Below are positions 48,278-60,625 of a stretch of 64,000 bases of DNA, piece after piece. Both the position numbers and the translations under genes were made by a program. The stretch comes from Macrostomum lignano. Lineage: Eukaryota. The notes under the pieces were generated by a model. It had not been told where the DNA came from, did not search any database, and was given only the letters and a program-made list of their open reading frames with translations. The stretch spans positions 62,001-126,000 of the forward strand of contig NIVC01001518.1 of NCBI GenBank assembly GCA_002269645.1, read 5' to 3'. How positions within the stretch are numbered: position 1 is the first letter of the stretch; each line of letters begins with the position of its first letter.

Positions 48278-50846
48278 CCCTAGATGAAATCGTCATGCCA
48301 TTTCTTAGCAGATCTGTCTGGAGCTTCTCGCTACGTTCTTGCAAGAACGTAACAGATCTGCACTATTAAAATATATAGGCAGAACTTACAAGATCTGCAG
48401 GAAGATCTTGCACGGTCTGCACGAGCAGATCTTAGGAGATCTGGGCAGATCTTGTAAGATGTATTAGGCTTTACCAATTGAATGCATTGTCCGTCTTATC
48501 AAATCTTCCCAGATCTGTTTAGTAATCCATTTATAAAACCCCGATGCACTAATCTAATTCCAATAAAGAACACGAGTTATGACAGGACTTTCTTATTTGA
48601 TTCTGCACTTTTAGTATTGTGCTAGTAAGCTGCCAGAACAAAAGCAAATGTCATTGAACAATTAAAATAAAGTAGACATATTTATTTGTGAAAATGTAAA
48701 CAAATACACATATATGCTCATGAAATAAAACTTCTATGCACAAGGGAAATATCACAAGCAAAAAATAAGTCAACTTCAAAACAAAATTTAAGCACACATT
48801 CAATAGAAAAAATACTAATGGTACAATGGACTAATAAAATTAGGGTGAGCAATACTTTTAGAAACTAAAAAATAGAAACAGAAACATTTGAAAAAAACCA
48901 GGTGCATCTTTTACTACAATGTACAATTAAATTGGTTTGCAAATAATTGAAACTGAAAGAGTCCAGTACTGAAAGATTTTAAAGTCAATATTGCTAGAAA
49001 GCTTACTTTGTTATCAATAAAAGTAGGTCTATAAGAGCTCTTAGTAATACTTTAGGGCTCTTTATCATGTTGCATTTTTACTTTAGGCTGGCTTCATTTT
49101 TTCTTTTAGCAATCATAGGATGCTTGCCACTTTGCCACTTGGTATAAAGACAAGCTTGGAACCCATAAGTAGCGATGCCATATTGACCATGTAAAGTAGC
49201 ATGCATGAAAGGGAAAATTGTAATAAAGTTCTGGGATTTTAAACATTAATATTCAATTCAAAATAACTAAAATATAAAACAAATATCATTGTTATGTTTT
49301 TAAATAGTCAGAGTAATAACTTTTGTAAAAGTTCTTTGGTCTAATTAAATTTAGACCTGTTTTTTCTTCTATTCTATATTTTTCATATTATTTATCTAGG
49401 CCTATCTAGTATAAATACTTTTAGATTTTGCTATGCCAATCTATATTCTTCAAATAGTAGGTCAAGGCTTAAGATAAGTTTCTAACAACCATAAGCCTAT
49501 ATTTAAGCATCCAGGTTTAATTCTAATTCATAAAAACTATACCCTATATAGCAATTACAATTTTAGTAGAGTAGGGCCTATTTTATTTTAAAATTAAAAT
49601 GATAAGCCTAGTTATAACACTATTTACTAAAAATAGAAATTACACTCTTAACCTAAGTGTTTAAAATCAAGGAGGGATTAAAACCAAGTTTTACAGATAT
49701 GTCAGTCTACCTATTTATAAATCTAGATAAGCATATATAAAACAAACAAAAACAGAATAGGCCTAGACCTATTTAATTAAGATTTACTTACTAGCTAGGT
49801 CACTAGAACTAGCCTAGCCCTAGCCTAGGGGCTACAACTAGGTATGTATATATAAATATAATATAATGAAATGCAAAAGACTACAAAAAATACAGATCTA
49901 TGTATGTAACTGAATTTCTGAATTATTAACGGATTAATGAATTATTAATGGACAACATCACTAGGTCTAGACATGCATTCTGTTTCTATTAAAGCATATA
50001 ACAAAGTCATAGGCCTAGGCCTACTCATACTTATAGTCCTGGGAGTAGGAAACAAGCCTAGATATATATATATATATATGATATAGATATATATATAGCT
50101 CATATCATACATTTTATAGTCAGTCTGTCAATTATGTCAAAATTTTTTAATTGATGACGCGATCTGCTCTTCATTTAAAGCCATAGCTATACTTAATCAA
50201 AAAAGTTATTATGGCTAAAAAAGTAAAAAATAGTGATACTACACTATGAAACAATTTAAGGAATTAAAAATTACGTATTCGGCTAAGTCAAAAGAAAGAA
50301 CTGAGATGGATGGATATTGAAAGAGCGAGAATTCAAACTATAAGGGTCCACTATGTTCAGTACTGCGGAAAGAGTATTTAAACAAATTCATTTACTGTTG
50401 GCTGCCAGAAGAACAACTAAAATATATACAAATCATTAAAAAAACGTAATTACTATTATGTTAAATATTTTGTGGAAAAAAAACAATTCAGACACTTTTC
50501 AAAACTGGTCTGTACAGATCTGCAAGAACTGATCTGACAAGATCCAGCAGAGAAATGTGAAAATATACGAAAGTCTTTTTTCTGATATACAGTTGGAAAT
50601 TTTGTTTTCTCTTTACCTAATAAGTATTTTCTAAAAAATCACGAATGTTTTTTACGTACCAAACAATAAAAAATGGCTTGCAAAGATTTGTAAGATCTTG
50701 TAAGACAAAAGCAGATACAGATCTGCTAAGAGATTTAAGTAAGAACAGATCTGTTAAGAATGTGTTAACCAAAATTCACAGATCTGCTAAGAAATTTAAG
50801 TAAGAACAGATCTGCCAAGAATGAGTAAACAGAACTTCATCTAGGG
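48278..50846. mobile_element. Non-autonomous CACTA/EnSpm (CMC)-like DNA transposon, 2569 bp
   Basis: Perfect 11-bp TIR CCCTAGATGAA (48278-48288) / TTCATCTAGGG (50836-50846), imperfectly extended inward. CA on both sides (48276-77, 50847-48). Many AGATCT-core subterminal repeats at both ends; AT-rich interior with no long ORF. Confidence 0.8.
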
Positions 50847-51215
50847 CAGTTGCTGGGCCAGCCTCCCAGATCCTCAGTTGCTGGGCCAGCAGCCTCCCAG
50901 ATCTTCAGTTGCTGGGCCAGCCTCCCACATCCTCAGTTGCTGGGCCAGGCCAGCCTCCCAGATCTTCAGTTGCTGGGCCAGCCTCCCACATCCTCAGTTG
51001 CTGGGCCAGGCCAGCCTCCCAGATCTTCAGTTGCTGGGCCAGCCTCCCACATCCTCAGTTGCTGGGCCAGCCTCCCACATCCTCAGTTGCTGGGCCAGGC
51101 CAGCCTCCCAGATCCTCAGTTGCTGGGCCAGGCCAGCCTCCCAGATCTTCAGTTGCTGGGCCAGCCTCCCAGATCCTCAGTTGCTGGGCCAGCCTCCCAG
51201 ATTCTCAGTTTATGG
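50847..51215 (+). repeat. Dispersed 28-32-bp satellite, array 4, interrupted at its first unit by the CACTA-like element
   Basis: Same unit as array 1. Confidence 0.95.
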
Positions 51216-51689
51216 ACCAGCTTCCACGAATGCCAGTCAAATCAAATTGGCCCGTTAGTGTCCAATCCAGACAGCTTTATCTAGACATCCTTGCCAGATT
51301 CCCATTCCGCTGGTTAAACGAACAGCCCGAATAAAAGCAGAGATTGAAGAGCGGCTCTGTTTGTGGAAATCTTTCCAACCTCTCTCGCTAGAAGGGGACA
51401 CTTGGCGGGATTTGAGCGACATGGGCGAACTTCAGTTCCGATGGAATTTAGATTGGACATGGCCGAGACTTCTGTGATTGAAATTTCGGTGCTCAAGTTA
51501 AAACGATGATTGCACAGGATGGTTGCTCTCAGGAAGTCATTGGCAGCACGGAGGGGGAGATAGGAAAGGTAGAAAGTGGGATGGGGAGAGGGGAGGCATG
51601 GGAGAGGAGATACAGGAAAAGTGAGAATGGGAAAGTAAGAAAGGGGAGAGAAAGATGGGGGGAAGAGGAGACAGGAGGAAGGGAGACAG

Positions 51690-52245
51690 GAGAGAGGAGA
51701 CAGTAGAGAGAAGGAGACAGGGGAGGGAGGGAGACAGGGGAGAGAGGGAGACAGGAGAGAGAGGGAGACAGGAGAGAGAGGGAGACAGGAGAGAGGGAGA
51801 CAGGAGAGAGGGAGACAGGAGAGAGGGAGACAGGGGAGAGGGAGACAGGGGAGAGAGGGAGACAGGAGAGTGAGGGAGACAGGAGAGAGAGGGAGACAGG
51901 GGAGAGAGGGAGACAGGGAAGAGAGGGAGACAAGGGAGAGAGGGAGACAAGGGAGAGAGGGAGACAGGGGAGAGAGGGAGACAGGGGAGAGAGGGAGACA
52001 GGGGAGAGAGGGAGACAGGGGAGAGAGGGAGACAGGGGAGAGAGGGAGACAGGGGAGAGAGGGAGACAGGGGAGAGAGGGAGACAGGGAAGAGAGGGAGA
52101 CAAGGGAGAGAGGGAGACAGGGGAGAGAGGGAGACAGGGGAGAGGGAGACAGGGGAGAGAGGGAGACAGGGGAGAGAGGGAGACAGGGGAGAGAGGGAGA
52201 CAAGGTAGAGAGGGAGACAGGGGAGAGAGGGAGACAGGGGAGAGA
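51690..52245. repeat. About 17-bp GA-rich repeat (GGAGACAGGGGAGAGAG)
   Basis: About 30 units. Confidence 0.93.
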
Positions 52246-53077
52246 GTTCATTGTGCCTACAAAATTCGTAGCTCAGTGTATCTCTAAAACAGAGTTCAAC
52301 AGGATCCGAAGACAGCCCTCAGACGGTGGGCGGCAGCAATCTATCAATCAAGCAGGCAAGATCAGCCCCCCAGATCTCAAAGAGCCAGAGCAGACCTAGC
52401 CTCCCAATCGCTCCGACGCCTGTCAAACTGCAGAACTCCAGCGGCTGCGCTCGGCACTGACTGGTGGAGGAAGAGATAACGCGTATATAAGACTACTACA
52501 TGTACACTTGGATTGGAAATTCCAGCAGGGCCCCCTTCATTTTAGCGCCGCGAGCTTGATTGATGAATGGCGCAAGAGGGACAGCAAAGTTAGTGCCAGA
52601 GTGAAACTGTAAATAATTAGATGCAGCCAGGCCTCTCCAGAATCAGTGCGGCATTGGTAGAGCAGCTTCGCCTATTTTAACCTGAGTTGATCGACACTGT
52701 GCGATACTAGCCCAGTTGTTTAGTGATGTGCCAGCGGCCCAGGCTCGATTCCAAGTGCAGTCACCTTAATTTGGCGCTAAATTGGAATCTCGGCTTGGCT
52801 CTGCTCCCAAGGCGCAGTGAAGTGTACATGCCTAACAATAAATAAAGTTAGGGCCGCTGTACACTCCTGTGTGACTGTGTGCCTGCTCAGGGGAATCAGC
52901 GAAATGGGCAGTAATGCCTCTCGTTGGTTGTGTGACATTGTCGGTTTAAGTGCTATAGGGTGTGCACTCAGTCCACATGCCTCTAATAAAAATACCAAGG
53001 ACTTCTGATTGACATCAACTGGACTGGAAAACACTGCGATACCAGTAAGAGGATTTTCAAAACCCATCAACCAAAGG

Positions 53078-54316
53078 TCTGGGAGGCTGGCTCAGCAACT
53101 GAGGATCTGGGAGGCTGGTCCAGAAATTGAGGATCTGGGAGGCTGGCTCAGCAACTGAGGATCTGGGAGGCTGGTCCAGAAACTGGGGATCTGGGAGGCT
53201 GGCTCAGCAACTGAGGATCTGGGAGGCTGGCTCAGCAGCTGACACCATGAGAGGATGGCCCAGCAACTGGGGATCTGGGAGGCTGGCCCAGCAACTGGGG
53301 ATCTGGGAGGCTGGCCCAGCAACTGAGGATCTGGGAGGCTGGCCCAGCAACTGGGGATCTGGGAGGCTGGCCCAGCAACTGACGATCTGGGAGGCTAGTC
53401 CAGCAACTGACGATCTGGGAGGCTGGCCCAGCAACTGAGGATCTGGGAGGCTGGCCCAGCAACTGAGGATCTGGGAAGCTGTGGCCCAGCAACTGAGGAT
53501 CTAAGAGGCTGTGGCCCAGCAACTGAGGATCTAAGAGGCTGCCTCAGCAACTGAGGATCTGGGAGGCTGGCTCAGCAGCTGACACCATGAGAGGCTGGCC
53601 CAGCAACTGGGGATCTGGGAGGCTGGCCCAGCAACTGAGGATCTGGGAGGCTGGCCCAGCAACTGGGGATCTGGGAGGCTGGCCCAGCAACTGACGATCT
53701 GGGAGGCTGGTCCAGCAACTGACGATCTGGGAGGCTGGCCCAGCAACTGAGGATCTGGGAGGCTGGCCCAGCAACTGAGGATCTGGGAAGCTGTGGCCCA
53801 GCAACTGAGGATCTGGGAGGCTGGCCCAGCAACTGAGGATCTAAGAGGCTGCCTCAGCAACTGAGGATCTGGGAGGCTGCCTCAGCAACTGAGGATCTGG
53901 GAGGCTGGCCCAGCAACTGAGGATCTGGGAGGCTGGCCCAGCAACTGACACTATGGGAGGCTGTGGCCCAGCAACTGAGGATCTAAGAGGCTGCGTCAGC
54001 AACTGAGGATCTGGGAGGCTGCCTCAGCAACTGAGGATCTGGGAGGCTGCCTCAGCAACTGAGGATCTGGGAGGCTGCCTCAGCAACTGAGGATCTGGGA
54101 GGCTGCCTCAGCAACTGAGGATCTGGGAGGCTGGCCCAGAGACTGAAGATCTGGGAGGCTGCCTCAGCAACTGAGGATCTGGGAGGCTGCCTCAGCAACT
54201 GAGGATCTGGGAGGCTGCCTCAGCAACTGAGGATCTGGGAGGCTGGCCCAGAGACTGAAGATCTGGGAGGCTGGCCCAGAGACTGAGGATCTGGGAGGCT
54301 GGCCCAGCAACTGAGG
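53078..54316 (-). repeat. Dispersed 28-32-bp satellite, array 5 (largest)
   Basis: Same unit; marker GCTCAGCAGCTGACACCATGAGAGG recurs near 53231 and 53571. Confidence 0.95.
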
Positions 54317-54759
54317 CGTGCTGTTGGCACAGAAGTCAACGTGAGCTCGTCAGTTATTGAAATTCTTAGTGCAGTTAATTACTACATAAAGTCATGGGTG
54401 GCCAAAGCCCCCCTAAGGCTATCATCCACTTCGCTCAACGCCGCCCCCCGCTGTGAGAAGTGGCCACAGCAAGAAGCCAGTGAATAAGAGTATGTGAGCT
54501 CCGCATTAATAAGCCTTGACAACAAAGCTCATTAGCTCCTTGACTCGAGAAAGTTAGCAGACAAAAAGCATCAGAGAAAACTCGGACAGATGAAATCCAG
54601 CAGTGCCACTAATGAGACATGCCCGTGACAGGTAAGGACGACGATGCAGCGAGGTTAAGGTCACACAGACGCAGGAAAGGACTGAGGCGTTGTAATTGTG
54701 TATACGCGAATGTGATTCTCGTAAAGAGTGAAACTAATAAAAAGATTTTTTGAAAAAAA

Positions 54760-55490
54760 GACAGTGAGACAGAGAGAGAGGGAGACAGTGAGACAGAGGC
54801 TGACAGGGAGACAGTGAGACAGAGGCAGAGAGGGAGACAGTGAGACAGAGGGTGAGAGGGGAGACAGTGAGACAGTGAGTGAGAGGGGAGACAGTGAGAC
54901 AGAGGGTGAGAGGGAGACAGTGAGACAGAGAGTGAGAGGGAGACAGTGAGACAGAGAGTGAGAGGGAGACAGTGAGACAGAGAGTGAGAGGGGAGACAGT
55001 GAGACAAGAGGGTGAGAAGGGAGACAGTGAGACAAGAGGGTGAGAAGGGAGACAGTGAGACAGAGGGTGAGAGGGAGACAGTGAGACAGAGAGTGAGAGG
55101 GAGACAGTGAGACAGAGGGTGAGAGGGGAGACAGTGAGACAGTGAGTGAGAGGGGAGACAGTGAGACAGAGGGTGAGAGGGGAGACAGTGAGACAGAGAG
55201 TGAGAGGGAGACAGTGAGACAGAGGGTGAGAGGGAGACAGTGAGACAGAGAGTGAGAGGGAGACAGTGAGACAGAGAGTGAGAGGGAGACAGTGAGACAG
55301 AGAGTGAGAGGGAGACAGTGAGACAGAGGGTGAGAGGTAGACAGTGAGACAGAGGGTGAGAGGTAGACAGTGAGACAGAGAGTGAGAGGGAGACAGTGAG
55401 ACAGAGAGTGAGAGGGAGACAGTGAGACAGAGGGTGAGAGGGAGACAGTGAGACAGAGGGTGAGAGGGGAGACAGTGAGACAGAGGACGA
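54760..55490. repeat. 22-24-bp GA-rich repeat (GGGAGACAGTGAGACAGAGAGTGAGA) downstream of the orphan exon
   Basis: About 30 units. Confidence 0.93.
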
Positions 55491-55727
55491 GAAAGCCGTT
55501 TTAATAATAGTTTTATCAAGAGCGGCAATCTCATATATTCTTTAAATTCAAGGTTCAAATAAAAATGCCTTAGAAACACAGTTTTATTCAGTCTGTAAGT
55601 CATAGGTTATCAACTAATTAGCAGGTGACCGACAGGTGACCAAATTGCAAAGTGAATTATTATATTAGTTCCAATTGAATGGGACAAACAAACAAGCAGT
55701 GTTCAGAGCTACAGTTGGACAAACTAA

Positions 55728-56235
55728 TCAAGGATAGTACTTCTGCCGGTAGAGCCGATAGTCCCATGGTGAATGGCGCCTCACGTGATAGGGCTCGTAA
55801 GGATCATCCGGGTACCAACGCGGCCGGCAGATGTCCTTGCTGAGCAGATTCTTAACCAAATAATTCTCATTAGTAGAGCAGAACACGTGCTGTTGCAGTC
55901 TGTTCACGTAGGCCTCCGGCTTCCTGTGCACTTTGGTGTTCCTGCCAGGCAGGGCGTGGATCACGGCACCATTGTTCATCACTTTGAACCGTTTCACAGC
56001 GGCTGGGACAGCCAGATCGGAGTTGCCCTCCTCGTCAAGGTAGTACTTTCTGTGCTGACGCGGCCACCTCAGCGGGTTCTCCATGACCGTGTCGGTTTTG
56101 AAGATGGGCGGTGAAGGGTGCAGCTTGGTGCGCCAGCGGGTGTGGAAGCGCAGAAGCTCGTCGGCGCGTCTGATAGCCTGGAGGGGTCGGGGTGGCTTCA
56201 CTCTTGACTGCTGGACAGCCTCATGATGGCGGCTG
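55728..56235 (-). CDS. Terminal coding exon of an unknown Arg/Pro/Tyr-rich protein
   Basis: GC-rich non-repetitive open frame of about 168 codons; NAGNAG acceptor TAG|CAG at 56236 in phase 2; stop TGA at 55730-55728; no recognised domain. Confidence 0.6.
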
Positions 56236-56279
56236 CTATTGGATTGAGCTAACTTGGGGGGGGAGTCTGAGACAGGTGC

Positions 56280-56720
56280 AAAAGGAGAGTGAGAGACTGA
56301 GATGGAGAATGGGGAGGGGAGTTGGAGGGAGAGTGAGAAGAAGAGTGTGAGAGGGAGGAGGGAGTATGGGAGAGGGAAAGTCGGAGAAGAGTGAGAGGGA
56401 GTGTGAGAGAGGGAGAGTCGGAGAGGGTGTGAGAAGGAGAGTGGGAGAGGAGGGAGTGTGAGAGAGGGAGAGTGGGAGAGGGAGAGTGGGAGAGGGAGAG
56501 TGGGAGAGGGAGAGTGGGAGAGAGAGAGTGGGAGAGGGAGAGTGGGAGAGGGAGAGTGGGAGAGGGAGAGTGTGGGAGGGAGTCGGAGAGGGAGATTGGG
56601 AGAGGGAGAGTGTGGGAGGGAGTCGGAGAGGAAGAGTGGGAGAGGGTGTGAGAGGGAGAGTGGGGGAGGAGGGAGTGTGAGAGAGGGAGAGTGGGAGAGG
56701 GAGAGTCTGGGAGACAGGAT
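56280..56720. repeat. About 13-bp GA-rich repeat (GAGAGTGGGAGAG), intron upstream of the orphan exon
   Basis: Polypurine tract. Confidence 0.9.
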
Positions 56721-57440
56721 GAGGCAGTGGGACAGCGACAGCAGAGCTGACAGGAAGTGAAGAGGTGCAGCCTAACAAAGCCGCTAGCACAGCAATTCCA
56801 AAAAAAGAATCAAAACAAAGCCTGAATGAAACTGAATTTAAAAAAGCAGATTGAAAACCAAATCGAAATTCGCATATTAATAATCCTCAAGAAGATAAAG
56901 AGAATTAAACGGATGCGGTGAAAGCCACATTAATTCAACCAGCAGCACCCCATGCCCAACAGTTCTCTCCCAACTCTCTCTCTATCCTCAAATTAGTGCG
57001 TCATTCAAGCTGCCTGTCACCCAATCTGAAGCCACGCGCCCTCAGACAGACAGGCAGGCAGGCAGCTCTCTGACGGGATGCAGCCGGGTGGACACTGGGA
57101 ATAGCTACTGCCAATCTTCCCCACTCCCCTCTCCCGTTCTACAGCATCGGGGCCACACACCTTGCTGACACCCCCGCCCCACTCGGCAGCTCTATAAGCC
57201 TCTTGATTCCTTCAAACAGGGGCTCTCCGAGGAGTTACAGACAGACAGACAGGTGTCTGTCACATGGACGGGGGCCTATATAGGAATGAATGAATGAATA
57301 AGGGATATGCGAACTGCGGGGCTACTGGGATACAACAAGAGAAAAGAGAGACAGGTAGAAGGCGACGACACAAATTGCGACTTAAACTGCAAGATGGCGG
57401 GGGTTGCGCCCAGAGACCTTCTTTAATTGAATAATGCTTT

Positions 57441-58086
57441 AGTCAGTCAGTCAGTCAGTCAGTCAGTCAGTCAGTCAGTCAGTCAGTCAGTCAGTCAGTC
57501 AGTCAGTCAGTCAGTCAGTCAGTCAGTCAGTCAGTCAGTCAGTCAGTCAGTCAGTCAGTCAGTCAGTCAGTCAGTCAGTCAGTCAGTCAGTCAGTCAGTC
57601 AGTCAGTCAGTCAGTCAGTCAGTCAGTCAGTCAGTCAGTCAGTCAGTCAGTCAGTCAGTCAGTCAGTCAGTCAGTCAGTCAGTCAGTCAGTCAGTCAGTC
57701 AGTCAGTCAGTCAGTCAGTCAGTCAGTCAGTCAGTCAGTCAGTCAGTCAGTCAGTCAGTCAGTCAGTCAGTCAGTCAGTCAGTCAGTCAGTCAGTCAGTC
57801 AGTCAGTCAGTCAGTCAGTCAGTCAGTCAGTCAGTCAGTCAGTCAGTCAGTCAGTCAGTCAGTCAGTCAGTCAGTCAGTCAGTCAGTCAGTCAGTCAGTC
57901 AGTCAGTCAGTCAGTCAGTCAGTCAGTCAGTCAGTCAGTCAGTCAGTCAGTCAGTCAGTCAGTCAGTCAGTCAGTCAGTCAGTCAGTCAGTCAGTCAGTC
58001 AGTCAGTCAGTCAGTCAGTCAGTCAGTCAGTCAGTCAGTCAGTCAGTCAGTCAGTCAGTCAGTCAGTCAGTCAGTCAGTCAGTCAG
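57441..58086. repeat. Perfect (AGTC)n microsatellite, about 161 units
   Basis: No interruptions seen over 646 bp. Confidence 0.98.
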
Positions 58087-58324
58087 AAAAAGCCACCGCC
58101 CGTTGAGACTACTTAAAAAACAAAATTAGTAGTAGTTTTTTAAGAAACAGACGACCTATTTTTGACATTACAAACGGAAACAGCTAAAAGAGATAAATAA
58201 GAAAACTAAACAAGCGATTATTACTCGTAATTCTCAGATTATTTACAGCAATATATTTCCTAAGATTTCACTTTACTGAACTTCTGCAGATTACAGGCAA
58301 TGATTCTCGGAAAATGGGAATTTG

Positions 58325-59065
58325 GATTCTAAGAATTGGGATTGTTTTGGGATTCTTAGAATGGGGATTGTTTTGGGATTCTTAGAATGGGGATTGTTTT
58401 GGGATTCTTAGAATGGGGATTGTTTTGGGATTATTAGAATGGGGATTGTTTTGGGATTATTAGAATGGGGATTGTTTTGGGATTCTTAGAATGGGGATTG
58501 TTTTGGGATTATTAGAATGGGGATTGTTTTGGGATTATTAGAATGGGGATTGTTTTGGGATTCTTAGAATGGGGATTGTTGAGATTATTAGAATGGGGAT
58601 TATTGGGATTCTAAGAATGGAGATTATTGGGATTCTAAGAATGGGTTTGTTGGGATTCTTAGAATGGGGATTGTTGGCATTCTAAGAATGGGGAATATTT
58701 GGGATTCTAAGAATGGGGATTGTTGGAAATCTTAGAATGGGGATTGTTTTGGGATTCTTAGAATGGGGATTGTTGGCATTCTAAGAATGGGGATTATTGG
58801 GATTTTAAGAATGGGGATTGTTGGGAATCTTAGAATGGGGATTGTTTTGGGATTCTTAGAATGGGGATTGTTTTGGGATTCTTAGAATGGGGATTATTTT
58901 GGGATTCTTAGAATGGGGATTATTGGGATTCTAAGAATGGGGATTGTTGGGATTTTTAGAATGGGGATTGTTGGCATTCTAAGAATGGGGATTATTGGGA
59001 TTCTAAGAATGGGGATTGTTGGGATTCTAAGAATGGGGATTGGGATTCTTAGAATGCGGATTGGT
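58325..59065. repeat. GGGATTCTWAGAATGG-family repeat (18-26 bp), downstream of TAF11
   Basis: Same family at 59925-60625 and, inverted, at 61210-61595. Confidence 0.93.
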
Positions 59066-59206
59066 ATTTTTAAAAAAATTTTTGGGGATGTTAATTGAAG
59101 TGAGGAAATGTACTAACATGCAAATAGAACAATTTAAAAATGCACAGGAAAGATCCGCACAGCTACATATACAATTATTGACAGAGCTGTCAGTCATATT
59201 TAGATT

Positions 59207-59740
59207 TTAAGGAAACAGATGCCGCCTCTTATTGGGCAACAAAGACTGGCCGTCCCGTCGACTCAGCAACCGTTCAGCCTCTCGAATATGCCTCGGCTGC
59301 AGCGGGCCCACATCGCCAAGTCGCTGGCGAACATTCAGAGCCTCTTCAACAATTTCACCAACGTAGACTTTGGCTATGCCGGCCACGGCTATGACGACAT
59401 TCTGGGACACCTGGCTGACACCCGAGGCCTGCGTGATGAGCCGCTTAACCGAGGCCTTCGCGAAGGCTGCCCGCCTGTACTTCTCAAATCGGTTGAGCTG
59501 CTCCTCTGAGAAGTGCGAGATCAGCGCTTGAAGCCGCTTGCGCTCCTCCGCCTTGGCCTCGTCATCTTCGACTCCCAGCGGCTCCGGCAGGTCCGTCTCC
59601 GCGTCCGGCTCGACGTCCGGCTCCGTGTCCGGCTCTGCGTCTGGAGCCAGATCGGCGCCAGAACCGGACGGCTCTTCGTCAATGGCGCCAGCGTCTGCGG
59701 AAGCGGCGGCGGCCGCTGCTGATCCGGCTAAGTCTGACAT
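59207..59740 (-). CDS. TAF11: TFIID subunit 11 (histone-fold TAF), 177 aa, single coding exon
   Basis: [28 protein letters not shown]...[25 protein letters not shown]...[10 protein letters not shown] matches the TAF11 histone fold; acidic N-terminus. Confidence 0.95.
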   Translation of the reverse strand: MSDLAGSAAAAAASADAGAIDEEPSGSGADLAPDAEPDTEPDVEPDAETDLPEPLGVEDDEAKAEERKRLQALISHFSEEQLNRFEKYRRAAFAKASVKRLITQASGVSQVSQNVVIAVAGIAKVYVGEIVEEALNVRQRLGDVGPLQPRHIREAERLLSRRDGQSLLPNKRRHLFP

Positions 59741-59924
59741 TTTGCTGCAAACTCAGCGATAGTGGGGGGGGGGCGTTGACTGTAAAATTGAAAACAGATA
59801 CAGGAATTAAAACTAACTTTTTTTTACTTTGATGCTTCAGTTAGAAGATTTTTAAATACTTAATGCAAAGCTAATATTCTAACAAAGATTCGAGGATTCA
59901 GAATCAGCTTTGGGGAATTAATTT

Positions 59925-60625
59925 GGGATTCTGAGGATGGAGACTGGGATTCTAAAAATAAGTATCGGGATTCTAAGAAAGGGGATTGGGATTCTTAGAA
60001 GTGGGATTAAGATCTTAGAATTGGGATTCGGAATCTAAGAATGGGAATTGGAATTCTAAGAATGGGGATTGAGATTTCAAGAATAGGGGTCAGGATTCTA
60101 AGATTATGGATTGTTGGGATTCTAATAACGGGGATTGTTGGCATTCTTAGAATGGAGATTTTTGCGATTCTAAGAATGGGGATTGCTTGGATTCTAAGAA
60201 TGGGGATTGATGGGATTCTAACATTGGGGATTGTTGGGATACTAAGAATGGGGATTGGGATTCTGAGAATGAAGATTGGGATTCTGAGAATGGAGATTGG
60301 GATTCTAAGAATGGAGATTTTTGGGATTTTAAGAATGGGGGTCAGGATTCGAAGAATGGAGATTGGGATTCTAAGAATGAAGATTTTTGGGATTTTAAGA
60401 ATGGGGGTCAGGATTCGAAGAATGGAGATTGGAATTCTTAGAATGGGGATTGGGATTCTGAGAATGGAGATTGGGATTCTAAAAATAGAGATTTTTGGGA
60501 TTTTAAGAATGGGGGTCAGGATTCGAAGAATGGAGATTGGGATTCTAAGAATGGGGATTGTTGGGAATCTTAGAATGGGGATTGGTATTCTAAGAATGGG
60601 TATTGAGACTCTTACTAATGGTAAT
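59925..60625. repeat. GGGATTCTWAGAATGG-family repeat upstream of the TAF11 ATG (probable 5'-UTR intron or outron)
   Basis: Acceptor TTTGCAG at 59745 lies between this array and the ATG. Confidence 0.92.

Noticed and set aside
48900-50420. Coding remnants inside the CACTA-like element
   Set aside because: Only short frames of about 30-40 codons with no transposase motif recognised
51220-51480. Stop-interrupted frame (LARFPFRWLNEQPE*KAEIEERL) vaguely like a Gypsy RT-RNase H linker
   Set aside because: Similarity too weak by eye and no neighbouring RT motifs; needs tBLASTn
52700-52765. tRNA-like boxes (TAGCCCAGTTG ... GGCTCGATTCC)
   Set aside because: B-box deviates from consensus and no cloverleaf or SINE body is evident
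57160-57235. Candidate upstream exon for the orphan ORF (phase-2 donor AAG|GTGTGT)
   Set aside because: In-frame stop immediately upstream and no good acceptor or ATG
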